A stretch of 64,000 nucleotides of DNA from Octopus bimaculoides (GCF_001194135.2 NC_068985.1:38543697-38607696); one strand, 5' to 3'; numbered from the stretch's first letter, positions 49,890-63,628 are shown. Program-made: numbers and translations. The notes: generated from the letters alone by a model not told the origin.

Positions 49890-50149
49890 ACATAAAGTAA
49901 AATGGAGGACAAACTTTCATAAGTCAAATTCCTTTATCAAAATTCTTATACAGTATCAAGCCAATCTTAAAATATAAATGGTAAGAATCGAAAATGCATA
50001 GATGCAGAATTATCAGAACTTTTAGGTGTCAAGCATTCCAATATTACAAGTCAGCGATGAAGTTAGATTTGCTCGTATAGAGCGCTGATCAATTCCTCTG
50101 CAGTAAAGGTGCCGTCGTTAGATGTTGTATGAGTGTTCGACAATTTCTT

Positions 50150-50235
50150 ACCGATCAAACACACAGATCATTTGTTTATAGTGATCAAATGTTTGCGTAG
50201 ACATAAGCTCAGTCCTTTCATCAAATCGACTGGGT
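50150..50235 (-). mobile_element. Fragment of SINE C tail c4
   Basis: ATCATTTGTTTATAGTGATCAAATGTT is nearly identical to 28008-28032. Confidence 0.7.
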
Positions 50236-50265
50236 TATTTCCATTGGCTTTTAAAAGAAAATATT

Positions 50266-50302
<37 letters not shown>

Positions 50303-50329
50303 AAGGTATATTCCAGAGGACCTATTATC

Positions 50330-50484
50330 GATTTTTCAGCAAACTGAGTCTACCATGAGTTTTGTAGATATGATTTCTAGTCAAGTGTCAAGTTTCATCA
50401 AAATCGATATAACGATGTATGAGGAGTCAGCTAACAACTCCACAAACACACCCACAGACAGAATTTCCCACATACGTAGTAGAT
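50330..50484. mobile_element. Possible non-autonomous Helitron-like fragment
   Basis: CAAGTTTCATCAAAATCG..GAGGAG..ACAGACAGAATT..TAGTAGAT motif pattern. Confidence 0.35.
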
Positions 50485-51099
50485 GCCTGCATTGTGTATA
50501 AGTGTTTATTTTATACGTATGTGTGAGTGTGCTTTACTTCAGTAAACTTTTGTTTTAATATGTAATAAAATGACTTCAACGAAAAATACGCCTTGTTTAC
50601 AATGCAGATTTGTATTTTGTCGTTGTTTAATCGCATGTCAATCTTGAGCTTGGGCAGGCCTGTAAGGAAAAGTATCCCCTCACTCTCTTCTTATATTATG
50701 CAGGCAAAATTCTTTCTATGAATACATTCTCGGTTTAACATTCTCTCTCTGAAACTGGTAGGGTGTGTTTTCATGTACATGTGGCTACAATTTTCAGAAT
50801 GCTCTGCGCTCAGTTTCCACTAATATAGGTTTGTGGTCACCTTTCATCCTAATCAATTGAGTATTGAGGTCGCTTTAATCCACAGTTCTCCTCCTGCGAA
50901 ATTGTTGTATTTGTCCAAAATTAGAAAATCCTGTTAAGCATGTATAGATGAACGTTGTGGATTGGCGGAGTTGTTAGAATGTTTGGTCTGATTTTGTACG
51001 TTGTAATTTCATAATTCGCGGAGTTCGAGTTTGTCTTTCATCTGTGTGGATTCGTTAAAACAATGACAACTCCTCCGCGATAGATTGATATAATTAATA

Positions 51100-51174
51100 G
51101 TGATGATGATGATGGTGGTGATGATGCCGATGATGATAGTGATGATGATAATGAGGATAGTGATGGTGATGATA

Positions 51175-51243
<69 letters not shown>

Positions 51244-51245
51244 CT
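51100..51245. repeat. (GAT)n microsatellite
   Basis: Read directly from the sequence. Confidence 0.95.
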
Positions 51246-51664
51246 AACAAGGATTAGTAGGAAAAAATAATTGTATTAACTATGTGAAATTTAATTTTAC
51301 AATATCAAAAGTACTCACTCTTGTTTTAATTCTATATTTTGAGTCTTTTGAATCCATAATTTTTGAAAATCCTTGATAAATAAAAACTAATACAAGCAGT
51401 ATAAATATACTTGAAACCAAACAACTATAACAAGTTTTTGATTTTGAACAAACAAACAAACAAACAAAATATAGAAAACAGAAAAACTAACGGTAAAATA
51501 CGTTTGACAGCAGTAAATAACAGGCTTTAGTTGTGACAACATATTTTGTTCAAGAAAAAGTAATATTTATGAGATCAATCAGCGAAAATTTCTTTAATAT
51601 TTGTATTATATTAGATGCTGTTACGTTTGAACAACTGTTAGACCATGACCATCGCCATCTTAAT

Positions 51665-51723
<59 letters not shown>

Positions 51724-51725
51724 CA

Positions 51726-52619
51726 TAGGAGGTCTGATCAATAAGTATTCGGACTGTTACCAGTGTAGCGAAGCTAAATCACGCAGAGCGAAGCCCCTTG
51801 ACAAAGGTTGACCTTGAACTCTGCTGTGCACGCGTACAATGTTTTAGCGTGCTAGTTCACTTCCGCTATTTACAGCAGTGTTTGGTAGCATGCTGTGTTG
51901 TGTGTAATCGTCACAATGACCATGACAGAGAAAGTTGTCACGATGATACCTGTTTAGAGTCTTACACGATGTTGCAGAACGTGTATAGAGAGGAGTTTAT
52001 GAGCACAAGTGTATAAGTGGTTCAGACATTTCCAAGATGGCTGAAAAAATATTGATGTTGACGAACGTTCAGTGAGACCGGCAACCAACAGAAATGAGAA
52101 AAGCATCGCAGATGTGCGTGCAGCTGTCAGAGAAAATTGTCGAATCTCCATCTGTAAGTTATTAGAGGATGTGCAAATTAGTTGCGGTTCTGTTCAGTCC
52201 ATTACCACCGAAGATTTGGGTATGAGACGTGTGTCTGCCAAGTTTGTACCAAAACTGCTTTCAGATGACCAGAAATACACTTGAGTTTCAGTTGCACAAA
52301 ACCTCCTTGAATGTGTCGAGAACGATGAAAACTTTTTGAAAACTTTGCGTAGGTCTCTGAGCAGGTATTGCCAAGCTTTTGGCAACATTTGATGAAGATT
52401 CTCTGCTCAGTTTTCTCTTTCATTATCAATGCGACGATCACACGCTACACATCTTCCCTCCAAGCATTGCTTTAAACAGAAGACATGAGCTAGAATGTTA
52501 AAACTTAGTGCGCATGCACAGCAGAGTTCAAGATCAGTTTGTGCCAAGGGTATTCATTCTGCGTGCCTTAGCTTCGTTACTATGATAACAGTCCGAATAA
52601 TAATTGATCAGACCACATA
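51726..52619. mobile_element. Rearranged mariner made of two inverted 5' arms
   Basis: The plus arm encodes the N-terminus up to ..VSAKFVPKLLSDDQK..NDENFLKT. The minus arm encodes MKEKTEQRIFIKCCQKLGNTCSETYAK. Both ends are TA..GGTCTGATCAAT..TATTCGGACTGTTA. Confidence 0.88.
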
Positions 52620-53125
52620 TGTACATACATAAAATGCCTGCATTTTGCATTGCCTGAACTGATTTGCTCTAATATTATGTATTTTATTCCACCTTGTTAC
52701 CTTAAGATAACTAATTTTCTTTTATCAAAATTCTTCAGCATCCACTCTTTCTATTTGCCACCCTTCCGTCTCAGCTGATTTGTCTTTCATCCCTAAATTT
52801 CTTTCCTCTAGATTTTCTCTCAATTTTCCTCCTCTCCTATCATCATTCTTCCTCAGACAACGATACTGTTATTTGAAAACAAACGATATCACACTAGAAC
52901 ATGTAACTGATTTATTCTCCTTTCAGTTTCACCAAATGCACGAAAGCATTTAATTACCTAATTATTTCGGAAAATAAAACTCTGAAAGACTAAAGGCCTG
53001 AAGAAAGTGATTATTCTATATGACTTAATTGCGTGAAAAAATATGGTTGCCTTAGTTGATGTTTCAACTCCAGATTTTGATTGTTAAAAGTACATGCATA
53101 TACACACGTCCACAAACGCGTGCAC

Positions 53126-53173
<48 letters not shown>

Positions 53174-56100
53174 NNNNNNNNNNNNNNNNNNNNNNNNNNN
53201 NNNNNNNNNNNNNNNNNNNNNNNNNNNNNNNNNNNNNNNNNNNNNNNNNNNNNNNNNNNNNNNNNNNNNNNNNNNNNNNNNNNNNNNNNNNNNNNNNNNN
53301 NNNNNNNNNNNNNNNNNNNNNNNNNNNNNNNNNNNNNNNNNNNNNNNNNNNNNNNNNNNNNNNNNNNNNNNNNNNNNNNNNNNNNNNNNNNNNNNNNNNN
53401 NNNNNNNNNNNNNNNNNNNNNNNNNNNNNNNNNNNNNNNNNNNNNNNNNNNNNNNNNNNNNNNNNNNNNNNNNNNNNNNNNNNNNNNNNNNNNNNNNNNN
53501 NNNNNNNNNNNNNNNNNNNNNNNNNNNNNNNNNNNNNNNNNNNNNNNNNNNNNNNNNNNNNNNNNNNNNNNNNNNNNNNNNNNNNNNNNNNNNNTATATA
53601 TATATCATATATAATGTTAACGTTAAGATGTACAAACAGTAAGATTATTAATGAGTATTCTGGTCGTTGTATTTTTTCACGTATAGCAAGTATGTCTACT
53701 TACTACATTGTTCCAAAGCGTCCTTTGTCTTTCTCATGGAATTGTAAGGTTTGGTTCAACAGCGATCTCCTACTTCTAAAATATTGACAGCAATGTACTA
53801 CTTTTTGGCTGCATCTGTAAAATGTAGAAAGTACGCAACTGAGTGCGTATGGTACAAGAAAAAGAACCTACGATGCAGGATAGGGTAAAATCTTGTGAAC
53901 AATACAAATGTAGATAATTTACCTCGAATTAACTTAATTAATTCATACTTTAACTTCTTGTTTGGGCTAATAAATATAGTGTTATATACAAGAATTTAAA
54001 CATCTCTTAAAATATTGTGAATTCCTTCTTGGCACCTGAAATCGTCAAATTATCCGTTAAACACAGTAGACTCCAGAATAAAACGCAAAATTACTATGTC
54101 TTAACGTATCTTTTGTATCACTAGCTAAAATGGATTCGATATTGTCTATAAATTGTCTCCCTTAACAGAAGAGCGCCAATAATGAAAGAAGAATATCTGA
54201 ATATTTAACATAGTCACCGATCGATATTAGAACTTCTCTTGATTTTGTCACTCGTTATTATTATTATTAATAGTGCTGTTGTCGTTATTTCCATAATAGA
54301 CGTTTACATTTGTCCATTTGTATTTAATGGCTATTTTTCTCTACCGTGTTGGCAGAATCTAAAGAGTTGTTAATTTGTTTTATTCGTCTTTAGTAGGAAA
54401 GTAATCGATTTGAATGTAGTTTACGTTATGTTTTCACAATAAAGAAGAGTAATTAATATGCAAATCAAAGTAGATTCTTGTGGTTTGAATTAAAATGACT
54501 TCAACAATTAGGTGTTTTTGTGTAAATTAGAATATCATATGTGTTGTTGTCTACACTAAAATTTGTTATTTTTGATGTATTTAGATTTATGCTAATTTCT
54601 ATTTAATTTATGAAATATAAATCAATGTTTTCTGTTAATTTTGTAACTACATAAATAACTTCTGTGAAACTATAATGGGTCTCTTTTTATGCCTGCCATA
54701 TAGTTAAAATCTAATGTTCTTTTTCACTGAAGTTCGCTGTTATATAAAATCATAACATTTTCCTCTTCAATATTCAAAGGAACTACTAAAATAAAGAACA
54801 TCTTCTAAAAGTACATTGGACCATTGGACTTATATAGTGGCAAGGGAGGTAAATTGATTATTTTCATCAAGGAAAAAAGAAGAAATCAATTTCTACGCTT
54901 TTCATATTTGCTGCCGTGCTGCAAATATTTTATGCCAATTACATTCATTAATGATTTACAATAACTTTGGGTTAACATAGCGCTGTAGTATAACTGAAGC
55001 TTTTAGTCTACACTGGTGCTTTTAGTTAGTGTTCAATATCATGATTTTCTCCAAAAATCATAGATAATTAAGTTTTTTGTGTTCAAAATTATAGGATTTT
55101 TCCAAAAGTCAAAGATAATATAATGTACTAACTATTTTACGATATTTTACATCCTAATATTTTTCTACGTGTTAATGATAACATATCAACAGAGTCACTC
55201 GACTTACTCAAATCTCATCCGACCTTCTTAACAAAAGAGAAGGCATTAAACTATTAAGTATTAGATATCTCTTTAAGTGATGACAGCGGTTGAAATAGCT
55301 TTCATAATTTTTGTCCGAGTTATTGGTTGATCTGTGGTTTAACAAAAATGCAGAAAAATAATTTTGTTTGCATATTTCGTAACGTTTATTTATTTGATTT
55401 GTTTTGGTATGTTTTATGATTTTGATATTTATTTTAAGGGTCTTGTCTGCAGAAATGCATTGTATGGCCGTTACTGATTAGTGCGATCGATGCTGATGTT
55501 TGCAAGAAATAGAATATAGGAGGTGGAATTAGGTATGATGGTTAGTGTGGAAATTGGCTGATTGTCACATTAGGAATGGTAAAACGGAGGAACTGAGTTT
55601 CGGGATTTTTTGAGTGGAAGTGGCGTGACAACGGGTAGAAAAAGGAGACAGTGTGTAAAGGGCATTTATTCTGATAGTCTCATGATTCTGGTATCTCAGC
55701 TCTTTAAATAACTCCTCCTCCTCCTCGGTAGCCAACGGTACCACTTTGGAAGACCAATATGTACCGAATGCATGCGCTCAAATGCCGCTCTGTAATTTTC
55801 ACTTTTGAGTACTTCAACATTAGTAATGTTCTCACTCTTGCCAAAATCAAAAAAATTGTGTGTCTGCTGCGAGAAGCTTCAAAGAAAGTTGCTTCCTAGA
55901 ATTAATAATATTTCCGAAAACTTGGATAGAAGATCCTTCGTCAAACTGCACCATTACAATGTATGCTGAACGAGCTTTCTCCGAACCGCATATCATGTAC
56001 AATGCTTTAACGCTTAAGTTACGTAATAAATCATTTTGTAAATAAAGGTGTCGTCTGATTATAACACTTTTCACAACTTCCGTAAACCTCGACACAGAGG

Positions 56101-58364
56101 TAACAATAATACGCAATCTCAACAGTTCGTACTGCACATAGACAGATTATATGAACGATGACCTGGTGAACATTATGTAATGAGGTGGAAGGCATGGCGA
56201 ATTTAACACTTTCAACAAAACGGAAACACAATCATTGCACACGTTAAAGGAAAAAAAATATTGCACATGAGTCTCCCTCATCATTGATAGATTACAATTG
56301 CAAACTATAAAAGTTGATATACACGCTAGGCCTCATGACAACATGTATAATATTGCTCAAACGGTATCACAAAGACTAGCACTTTCAGGTAGCATATACT
56401 TCAGATTTGATCACTTTCTGACTCTTCGCTTTACATAAATAAAACCGTGAACCCTACTGAAATTGCTATAGATCGTAACTGACGCAACTTGACTTGTCGG
56501 TAATCATTCATAGACTAACACTCTTCAACCCTCTAGCTCACATAACAGACCTAATCAATCATCCGTTTGAATACTAACATCTGGTCCTTGATGCATTTTC
56601 TGAGTCCACTTTGTTACAAGCGTTCGGAACAGATCTAATATTTGCTGGTATCTTCTTCCTGCCTCCCAACTACCGTCGATCAACTTGCATAAGATATGGG
56701 CAACATGCTTCTCTACTGACTAACAGGTAAAAAGATAAATGACTCCGGTTTTATCTCGCCCCATCCACATAATTCTTACTGGAATTCACTAATACTCAGC
56801 AGAATCATTCCCCCACTACAATTCTCTTCAGAACCCTGCTCGCTGCTTTAGTTTGTCTTCATATATATAAACTGAGCTTCGGCTACAGCAATCTCATCGG
56901 CTCGAGAGGATCTTCATGGGTCACAAGCGCTTGTCCCTCTCTCATGACTAACTTATAAAAATATACTAATAATAAATAATGATAAATCAACTAGACAGCA
57001 CTAAGCTTCATTGTAGAAGCAAAAAAACTTTTACATGAATAGATGAAATATCTAAAATTGTCCTACAATGTAACTCTACTCAGGTTTATTGTGAAAAACT
57101 AGCTAATATAAAATTCTACGGAAGCTTCTTCCTACGCAGGAATTCTCATATAACTTCGTCCTAATCGGAACAGAAACGCATAATAAATGGATTATTTTGT
57201 CAATAATTTTCTCTTTGCTATAAAAGGGAAGAAGAGCTAATTTAATTTCCTTATATTTCGCTGTCATCAATCTTTCACGAACTAATATTTGTATGTTCAC
57301 TTATATATCAGATGTCATCAGTCAGAAGTCAAAGTTGATGTATTACATTAGAGATGTCATCCAATCGATGGGTTGTTTTTATTGAAAATAATTATTGCTA
57401 TTTTTTCTTATATTTTTTCTTTTTACTATAGCAGGCATTTTCCTCATTGTTGTTGCCGTCGCCATCGTCGTCATCTTCACCCCTATTGCAATTATTGTTG
57501 TCATTCTTATTGTTATTTTTGTTAATCGCTATGTTTGTCGGCGCTGTTGTCGTTGATGCGATCGTTGTAACTATTGTTGTTCTTATTAATAACGTTGTTG
57601 TTGTTGTTCTCGTCGTAGTCGTCATCATAGTCGTTGTTGACGTTAATGCTGCTGCTGTTACTATTATTATTATTATTTTTTTGTTACTATCGATGTTGAC
57701 ATTTATTTTTGTCTCATTGATACAATTGTTGTCATTGTTCTTGCAGCTGCCGTTTTGTTGTTGATGTTGTTATTGCTGTAGCTATGGTGTCTGATTTCTC
57801 CTGTTGATGTTTTAAATCAGATTGTTTCAATCAATATTATTGATGTTTTTATATGTTCTTGCCGCACTAGTTGTCGCCGTTGTGGCCTACCATTCCTTCT
57901 ATTATTGCTGTGGCTGTTCTTGAGACCTCTGCTGGTGTTACAGTATTAGGTGTTTTGGCCTAAAAATAATTTTAAAAAACAACAATCAAGCACCAGCCAT
58001 TGTCAGATTCTTCATTTCGACTGTCCTATTCCTGGCATCATGCTATCCTTTTTTGTATAATATATATTCCTTCTTTTCTAATTCCAGAATTTACATTTTG
58101 TTTTGGCTGAAGTTGTTTATGTACTTTTTACTATAATATAAAGTTGTTTTTTTATATATAATTGTTCTTTCTATTGTTATTTCTTAAGATATTGTTGCAT
58201 TATTAACAAACTATGTAGAAAAATCCAAAAAATATTCGAGTTCTTTCTACTGAAATTGTTGTTGCTGTAGTGATTGTTGGCATTAGTTTTTTTGTTTTTT
58301 TTCTAGTTTATCAAATTTATTCCCGTTACTTTATGGATGTGATTACTGTGAGAAGAATTGGTAT

Positions 58365-58424
58365 AATAATAATAATTATTATTATTATTATTATTTATTA
58401 TTATTATTATTATCATCATCATCA

Positions 58425-58455
<31 letters not shown>

Positions 58456-58521
58456 CATTATCATCATTATTATTATTATTATTATTATTATTTATTATTA
58501 TTATTATTATCATCATCATCA

Positions 58522-58570
<49 letters not shown>

Positions 58571-58623
58571 TATTATTATTATCATTATTATCATTATTAT
58601 TATTATTATTATTATCATCAGTA

Positions 58624-58688
<65 letters not shown>

Positions 58689-58827
58689 ATTATTTTCTTC
58701 TGCAACTGTAGCTGTTGTTCTTATTGTCATTTTTTGATGTGAATATTAAGAATAGTTTTGAAGAAGAATTTTTCAAAACATCGCTTGCTATTCACCCATA
58801 TTATTATTATCATTATTATTATTATTG

Positions 58828-58908
<81 letters not shown>
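58365..58908. repeat. (TTA)n/(TCA)n compound microsatellite with a higher-order duplication of about 97 bp
   Basis: Read directly from the sequence; the TTATTT glitch plus (CAT)5 recurs near 58394 and 58491. Confidence 0.9.
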
Positions 58909-58910
<2 letters not shown>

Positions 58911-59125
58911 AGAGAGCGATGAATGCCATCAATGCATGACACTGGGGTACATTATCATTATTATTACTATTATTAATAATAATGATAATAATAATGATAA
59001 CAATGATGATGATGATTACGATTATAATGATGATTATGATGATGAAGCATATTCCTGTCGATGAAGCTGAATTTGGCAATAGCACCTAAATAATTCTTGT
59101 CTACCGCCTTAACTATCAACATCAT
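58907..59125 (+). repeat. Direct duplication, copy 1
   Basis: TATAAGAGAGCGATGAATGCCATCAATGCATGACACTGGGGTACATTAT is identical at 60461, and homology continues for about 220 bp. Confidence 0.92.
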
Positions 59126-59133
59126 CATCATCG

Positions 59134-59196
<63 letters not shown>

Positions 59197-59875
59197 CCCT
59201 CATCATTTCCACCGCCGCCATCATCTTCTTCGCATCATCCTCAGCGACAGCTTTATCTTCACCGTTCTTTCTTCACTTTATCTTCTTCATTGTTCTGCAA
59301 TACCTGACGTGTTAATACTGTGGGTTGTCGACCCGGATTTCCAATATCCTCGAATATACTTCATATTATCCTGAATAATTTTTGTTTAGTTATTCATTAA
59401 TTTTTATATATTCATTTTTTTTTTCCTTCTTATTTTCGTTTAATTTTATTGATAGCGATGAAAGCGTCAGAGATCATAGGTGAACGAGGCAATGCAATAA
59501 CTCTGATATCAATGCTTGTTATTAACTTTTCTTTTTTCAAAATCCGAAGAAGAGTGAACAATAAGCGAAATATCATGTGGAAATATGGGTGTTTCTTCAA
59601 CGTATTAAATTCCCTCCTATAGAGTTACTACTGCTGCTGATACTTGAGATAATATTATATTACACCACGTCTACCACCAACAACACTCTCGCCATCACCT
59701 ACAACTCTAACTACAACAGCAACATCCATCACCAGTATCATTGTAATTGTTATTTCCACTTGATGTGCCATTATCGATATAATACCCCGAATGATCTTCT
59801 GATATACATTTAAATATATACACATATGCGCACACATATACGTAATGTCTGAGTATATATAAACGCGACGAGAGA

Positions 59876-59929
<54 letters not shown>

Positions 59930-60090
59930 TAGATGGAGGGAGAGATACTAGCCGCAAAAGACAGTTACCTGAGATAAAGGCTCACAGTATAAACTATTTA
60001 ATGAATTAACGAGAGAAAATTATTTATATTTCAGTAAAATGTCTTTTTAAACAATGTTCCGTATTGCCTCTGACAAAATATACAGTTTAG

Positions 60091-60199
60091 TCTCTGAAAT
60101 GCGAACCAGAGACATACGTGGGACTATGGAAAACCTGCAATCCTCCAGTTGTAATTCAGTGCTCTTTAAATTTCGCCTCTGCGATATGTTGAGGCATGT
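60091..60199 (+). other. Candidate exon; one frame carries a claudin-like YVGLWKTC-x7-C motif
   Basis: Branch-like CTGAC, acceptor cagtttag, donors GTAATT (60151) or GTAAGA (60200). Confidence 0.2.
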
Positions 60200-60411
60200 G
60201 TAAGAGAGTATATGGGCCGGGATCTGCTGACTTCTAAATAATATGGAATAGTTGGGATTCTTGAAATAAGCACATGGTCACCATATGTGCAGTCCTATTA
60301 GAATTGCTGCTTCCATTAGATGTGACGTCAGTTGTTTGAAGACTTAGTATTTCTTTTAGGAACAATAAGAACACCAAGTTTCAAACTCATGAAGTTTATT
60401 GCAAAAGTTTG

Positions 60412-60460
<49 letters not shown>

Positions 60461-60464
<4 letters not shown>

Positions 60465-60544
60465 AGAGAGCGATGAATGCCATCAATGCATGACACTGGG
60501 GTACATTATTATCATTATTACTATTAGTAATAATAATGATAATA

Positions 60545-60586
<42 letters not shown>

Positions 60587-60690
60587 AGGATCATGATGAT
60601 TATCATGATGAAGCATATTCTTGTCGATGAAACTGAATTTGGTAATAGCACCAAAATAATTCTTCTACCGCCACAACTATCATCATCATC
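60461..60690 (+). repeat. Direct duplication, copy 2
   Basis: See the 58907 copy. Confidence 0.92.
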
Positions 60691-61944
60691 ATCATCATCA
60701 TCGTTACTATTGCTGTCCACTAACCATATTTTCTCATAGGTGTCTCTTGAAACATGCTTCACTTTCTGTAACACAAGCATGACTATCCAATGTTCGAAGA
60801 TCGACAAATTTACTTTGTCCTTAGGCATCCTTAAGTAGAAAGTTTGTTGATCAGGACAAACTACATAGTCTTCCCAATGATATCTAATACCTCTGTAGCT
60901 TTAACCTGAAGGCCATGCTTCCTTAGTATCTACATCTTCCTGTTCAAAAAGTAATATGAAATAACACGATGACAGAGAATCGGTTCAGTACATGTCAAGG
61001 AGGAAATTATTTAGTATATCATATCTTTGTGGCGTCCCTTTGAGTTAGAATTTAATACATTGAAATTCTTTCTGTAAAATCAATTTTTTGTTTGTTTATT
61101 ATTGTCATGACAATCAGTAGACTTCTTAGTGGCTTGATATCTTTGGAGTATTTCCAGAAAACCCCATTGCTAATGATTTTTCTACCAGCTGATATTAGCT
61201 TACCCAATCACTGAAGTTTTGTGGCAGAAAAGCTTTTGCGGAGGAATTTTCAAATCTTCACTATATATCTCACCGAATTACAAAACTTTATATTGTACTT
61301 ATCGCGACATTATTTTTAAAGAACAGAAGAGTATGGAACAATGCGCCCAATGTCTATTTTAATCACCCACTTCTAATATTAAGTGCGGTTTGAAATCCAT
61401 CTCTTTCTGGTTAACATTCTAAATATACATGAAGTATATTAGCTTTGGCTTGTTGACATCTTTTCCAACACTATTAGCAAATGTATTAAGAATCATCCCG
61501 TCATTTCTATCAAGCGAGTTACACAAACTATCATGAATATATGCTACGACTCTGTCTCATTGGTTCACCACTATGCAATGAGCCTGAAGATGAATCCAGC
61601 TAAGACTGAATTATACCAAGCCAGCAGATCAAGAAAGGGGTCGAAACTATGTGCCCAGGAATGTACTTCAACCTTGCTCTGTGATCTATAGAAGCATAGT
61701 TAGGAAAACACCCGAATTCAGAGAGAAGGTATCACAATTGTAAATATTTACCAGAATCTTGGAATGGCTAGACCGGGAATTCAATTGCTTACAGAACGAA
61801 AGAAATAAGAATCATTCCGCAGAGAGGCTATCACTGTTTTAACCAAAATAATCAGTCCTCGCCTAATTCTAAAAACTTGACGACAACAATTAGAAACCTT
61901 TCAAAATATGCCTGCTCGAAAATGGCTGGTTTAAGGCTGAAGGA

Positions 61945-62152
61945 GTTTTTTTCTATTATAAGCACGAGTTTTGAATTTTGTGAGATGGTGCTAGTCGATT
62001 ACATCGACTCCAGTGCTCAACTGATACTTATTTTATCGAGATGAAAGGTAAAGTCGGTGGAAAGTAAAGGCGTAATTTGAACCCAGAATGTAAAGCCGGA
62101 ATAAATGTTGCTAAGCGTTTTCTCCGGCGTGCACATGATTCTACCAGCTCAC
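61945..62152 (-). mobile_element. SINE family A, decayed, tail type 2
   Basis: CTAGTCGATTACATCGACTCCAGTGC..AATTTGAACCCAGAATGTAAAG..CTACCAGCTCACC. Confidence 0.8.
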
Positions 62153-62392
62153 CACATCAGTCTTCGCAACGCTTCATGGTACTTATAAAAGATTTCTCAA
62201 CATTCTATAATGTCAATATTGCAAAGCATCAGATTCTTTTGTCTTTTTTTCTTTTTTTTTCTTTTTGTATTGTTGTAATACCTGTACAACAATAATACAA
62301 AGCAGCATAAATGAATCTGATGCCTTGCAATGTTGACATTATCGAGTGTTGTAAAATCTTGAGTCCCATGAAGCACGCCGAGACTTGATGTG
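62153..62392. repeat. Fold-back element, about 240 bp
   Basis: Arm ..GCTTCATGG..ATAATGTCAATATTGCAAAGCATCAGATTC pairs with GAATCTGATGCCTTGCAATGTTGACATTAT..CCATGAAGC..; inner stem TTTGTATTGTTGTA/TACAACAATAATACAAA. Confidence 0.9.
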
Positions 62393-63334
62393 AAACTATG
62401 ACAGGTTGATTTACATTCGAGACCCTTAGTTCTTCAACTTATTTGGACTCAATCGAAATAGTTGTTTACTATAACTAGAAATATTTTGAAATTTTGATTT
62501 TTTAATGTTTTACGATTATGTATACAAGTACATATGTCTATATATATGGGTGTGTATATATACATATATGTACGTATGTAGACATTCATAAACATACATG
62601 ACTAAATATATTCATGAACTACTCATCAACTCATACTTCATACTTCATATAAGGACAAACATTCACATAAATGCATACATACATGCGTTCATATATGAAT
62701 ATTGTGAATATTCTTATTGCTATTGTAAGACTGTCAATATTTAGTCATCAACTCAACAGCTCACAATTCTTACCAGCTTTCCAGTTTCCTCTCTACAGAA
62801 CAGGAAATGAAGTTGAATAACATCATTTATAATATACCTCCGTATTCCACCATATTTTTTTTCTTTTGTCAGTCCCTGAAGAATGGTTTTCATAACGCTT
62901 CCTTCCGTTATTTTTTAAATTATATATCCAGCGTCTATTGTATATAATCACTGTCATTATTCACTCACCTGTCTCTCGATCTTTTTATCATTGTATACAT
63001 TTCGGTTACATTTTTGTCCCTTTCTCACTCAGTGTCTATACTCTTTCTATATATATCTCATTTTCTTTTTTTTCCTAATTTTCACCCTCTCTTCTGCGCC
63101 TCTTCTCCTCTTCTAATTTCATCACTTTCCACATTCATTGGTACTTTGAATAGATTATTAAATTATACATTTTACGCATGAATGTTTTGTAAAAAAAAAG
63201 AAAAGAAAACACATAAACATTTGTAAGAAAGTATATTTATTAGACCACTCATGCATGGAAATCGAACTGAATGCATGCAGGTCCCCATTCCTAGATAGCC
63301 TGGTGGCTTGTAATTAAGGATGATGAAAATATGT

Positions 63335-63594
63335 CGATGATGATGATGATGATGTTTTATGATGGTGATGTCTTATGATGATGATGACGACGACGACGAC
63401 GACGATGATGATGATGATGATGATGCGGGTAGGAGGCGAAGATGGAGGCGGACGAGGACTGTGATGACGCGTATGACATGACGTTGCCTCCTACCCCCTC
63501 TTTCAAGAGCATAAACAATAAAAAATAGTTGTAGCAATCATAATTGTCATAATGAAATTGATGATGGTGATGATGATGATGATGATAATGATGA

Positions 63595-63628
<34 letters not shown>

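Noticed and set aside
50700-51040. Possible heavily decayed Penelope GIY-YIG region on the minus strand
   Set aside because: Only scattered residues fit; no continuous motif.
60800-60940. Minus-strand exon EDVDTKEAWPSG*SYRGIRYHWEDY..
   Set aside because: In-frame TAA, alternative frames equally plausible, no family recognised.
61585-61655. CTGAAGATGAATCC..GGGGTCGAAAC hammerhead-like motif and a strong minus-strand acceptor at about 61690
   Set aside because: Position 17 would be G and stem I does not pair; the exon readings stop early and match nothing I recognise.
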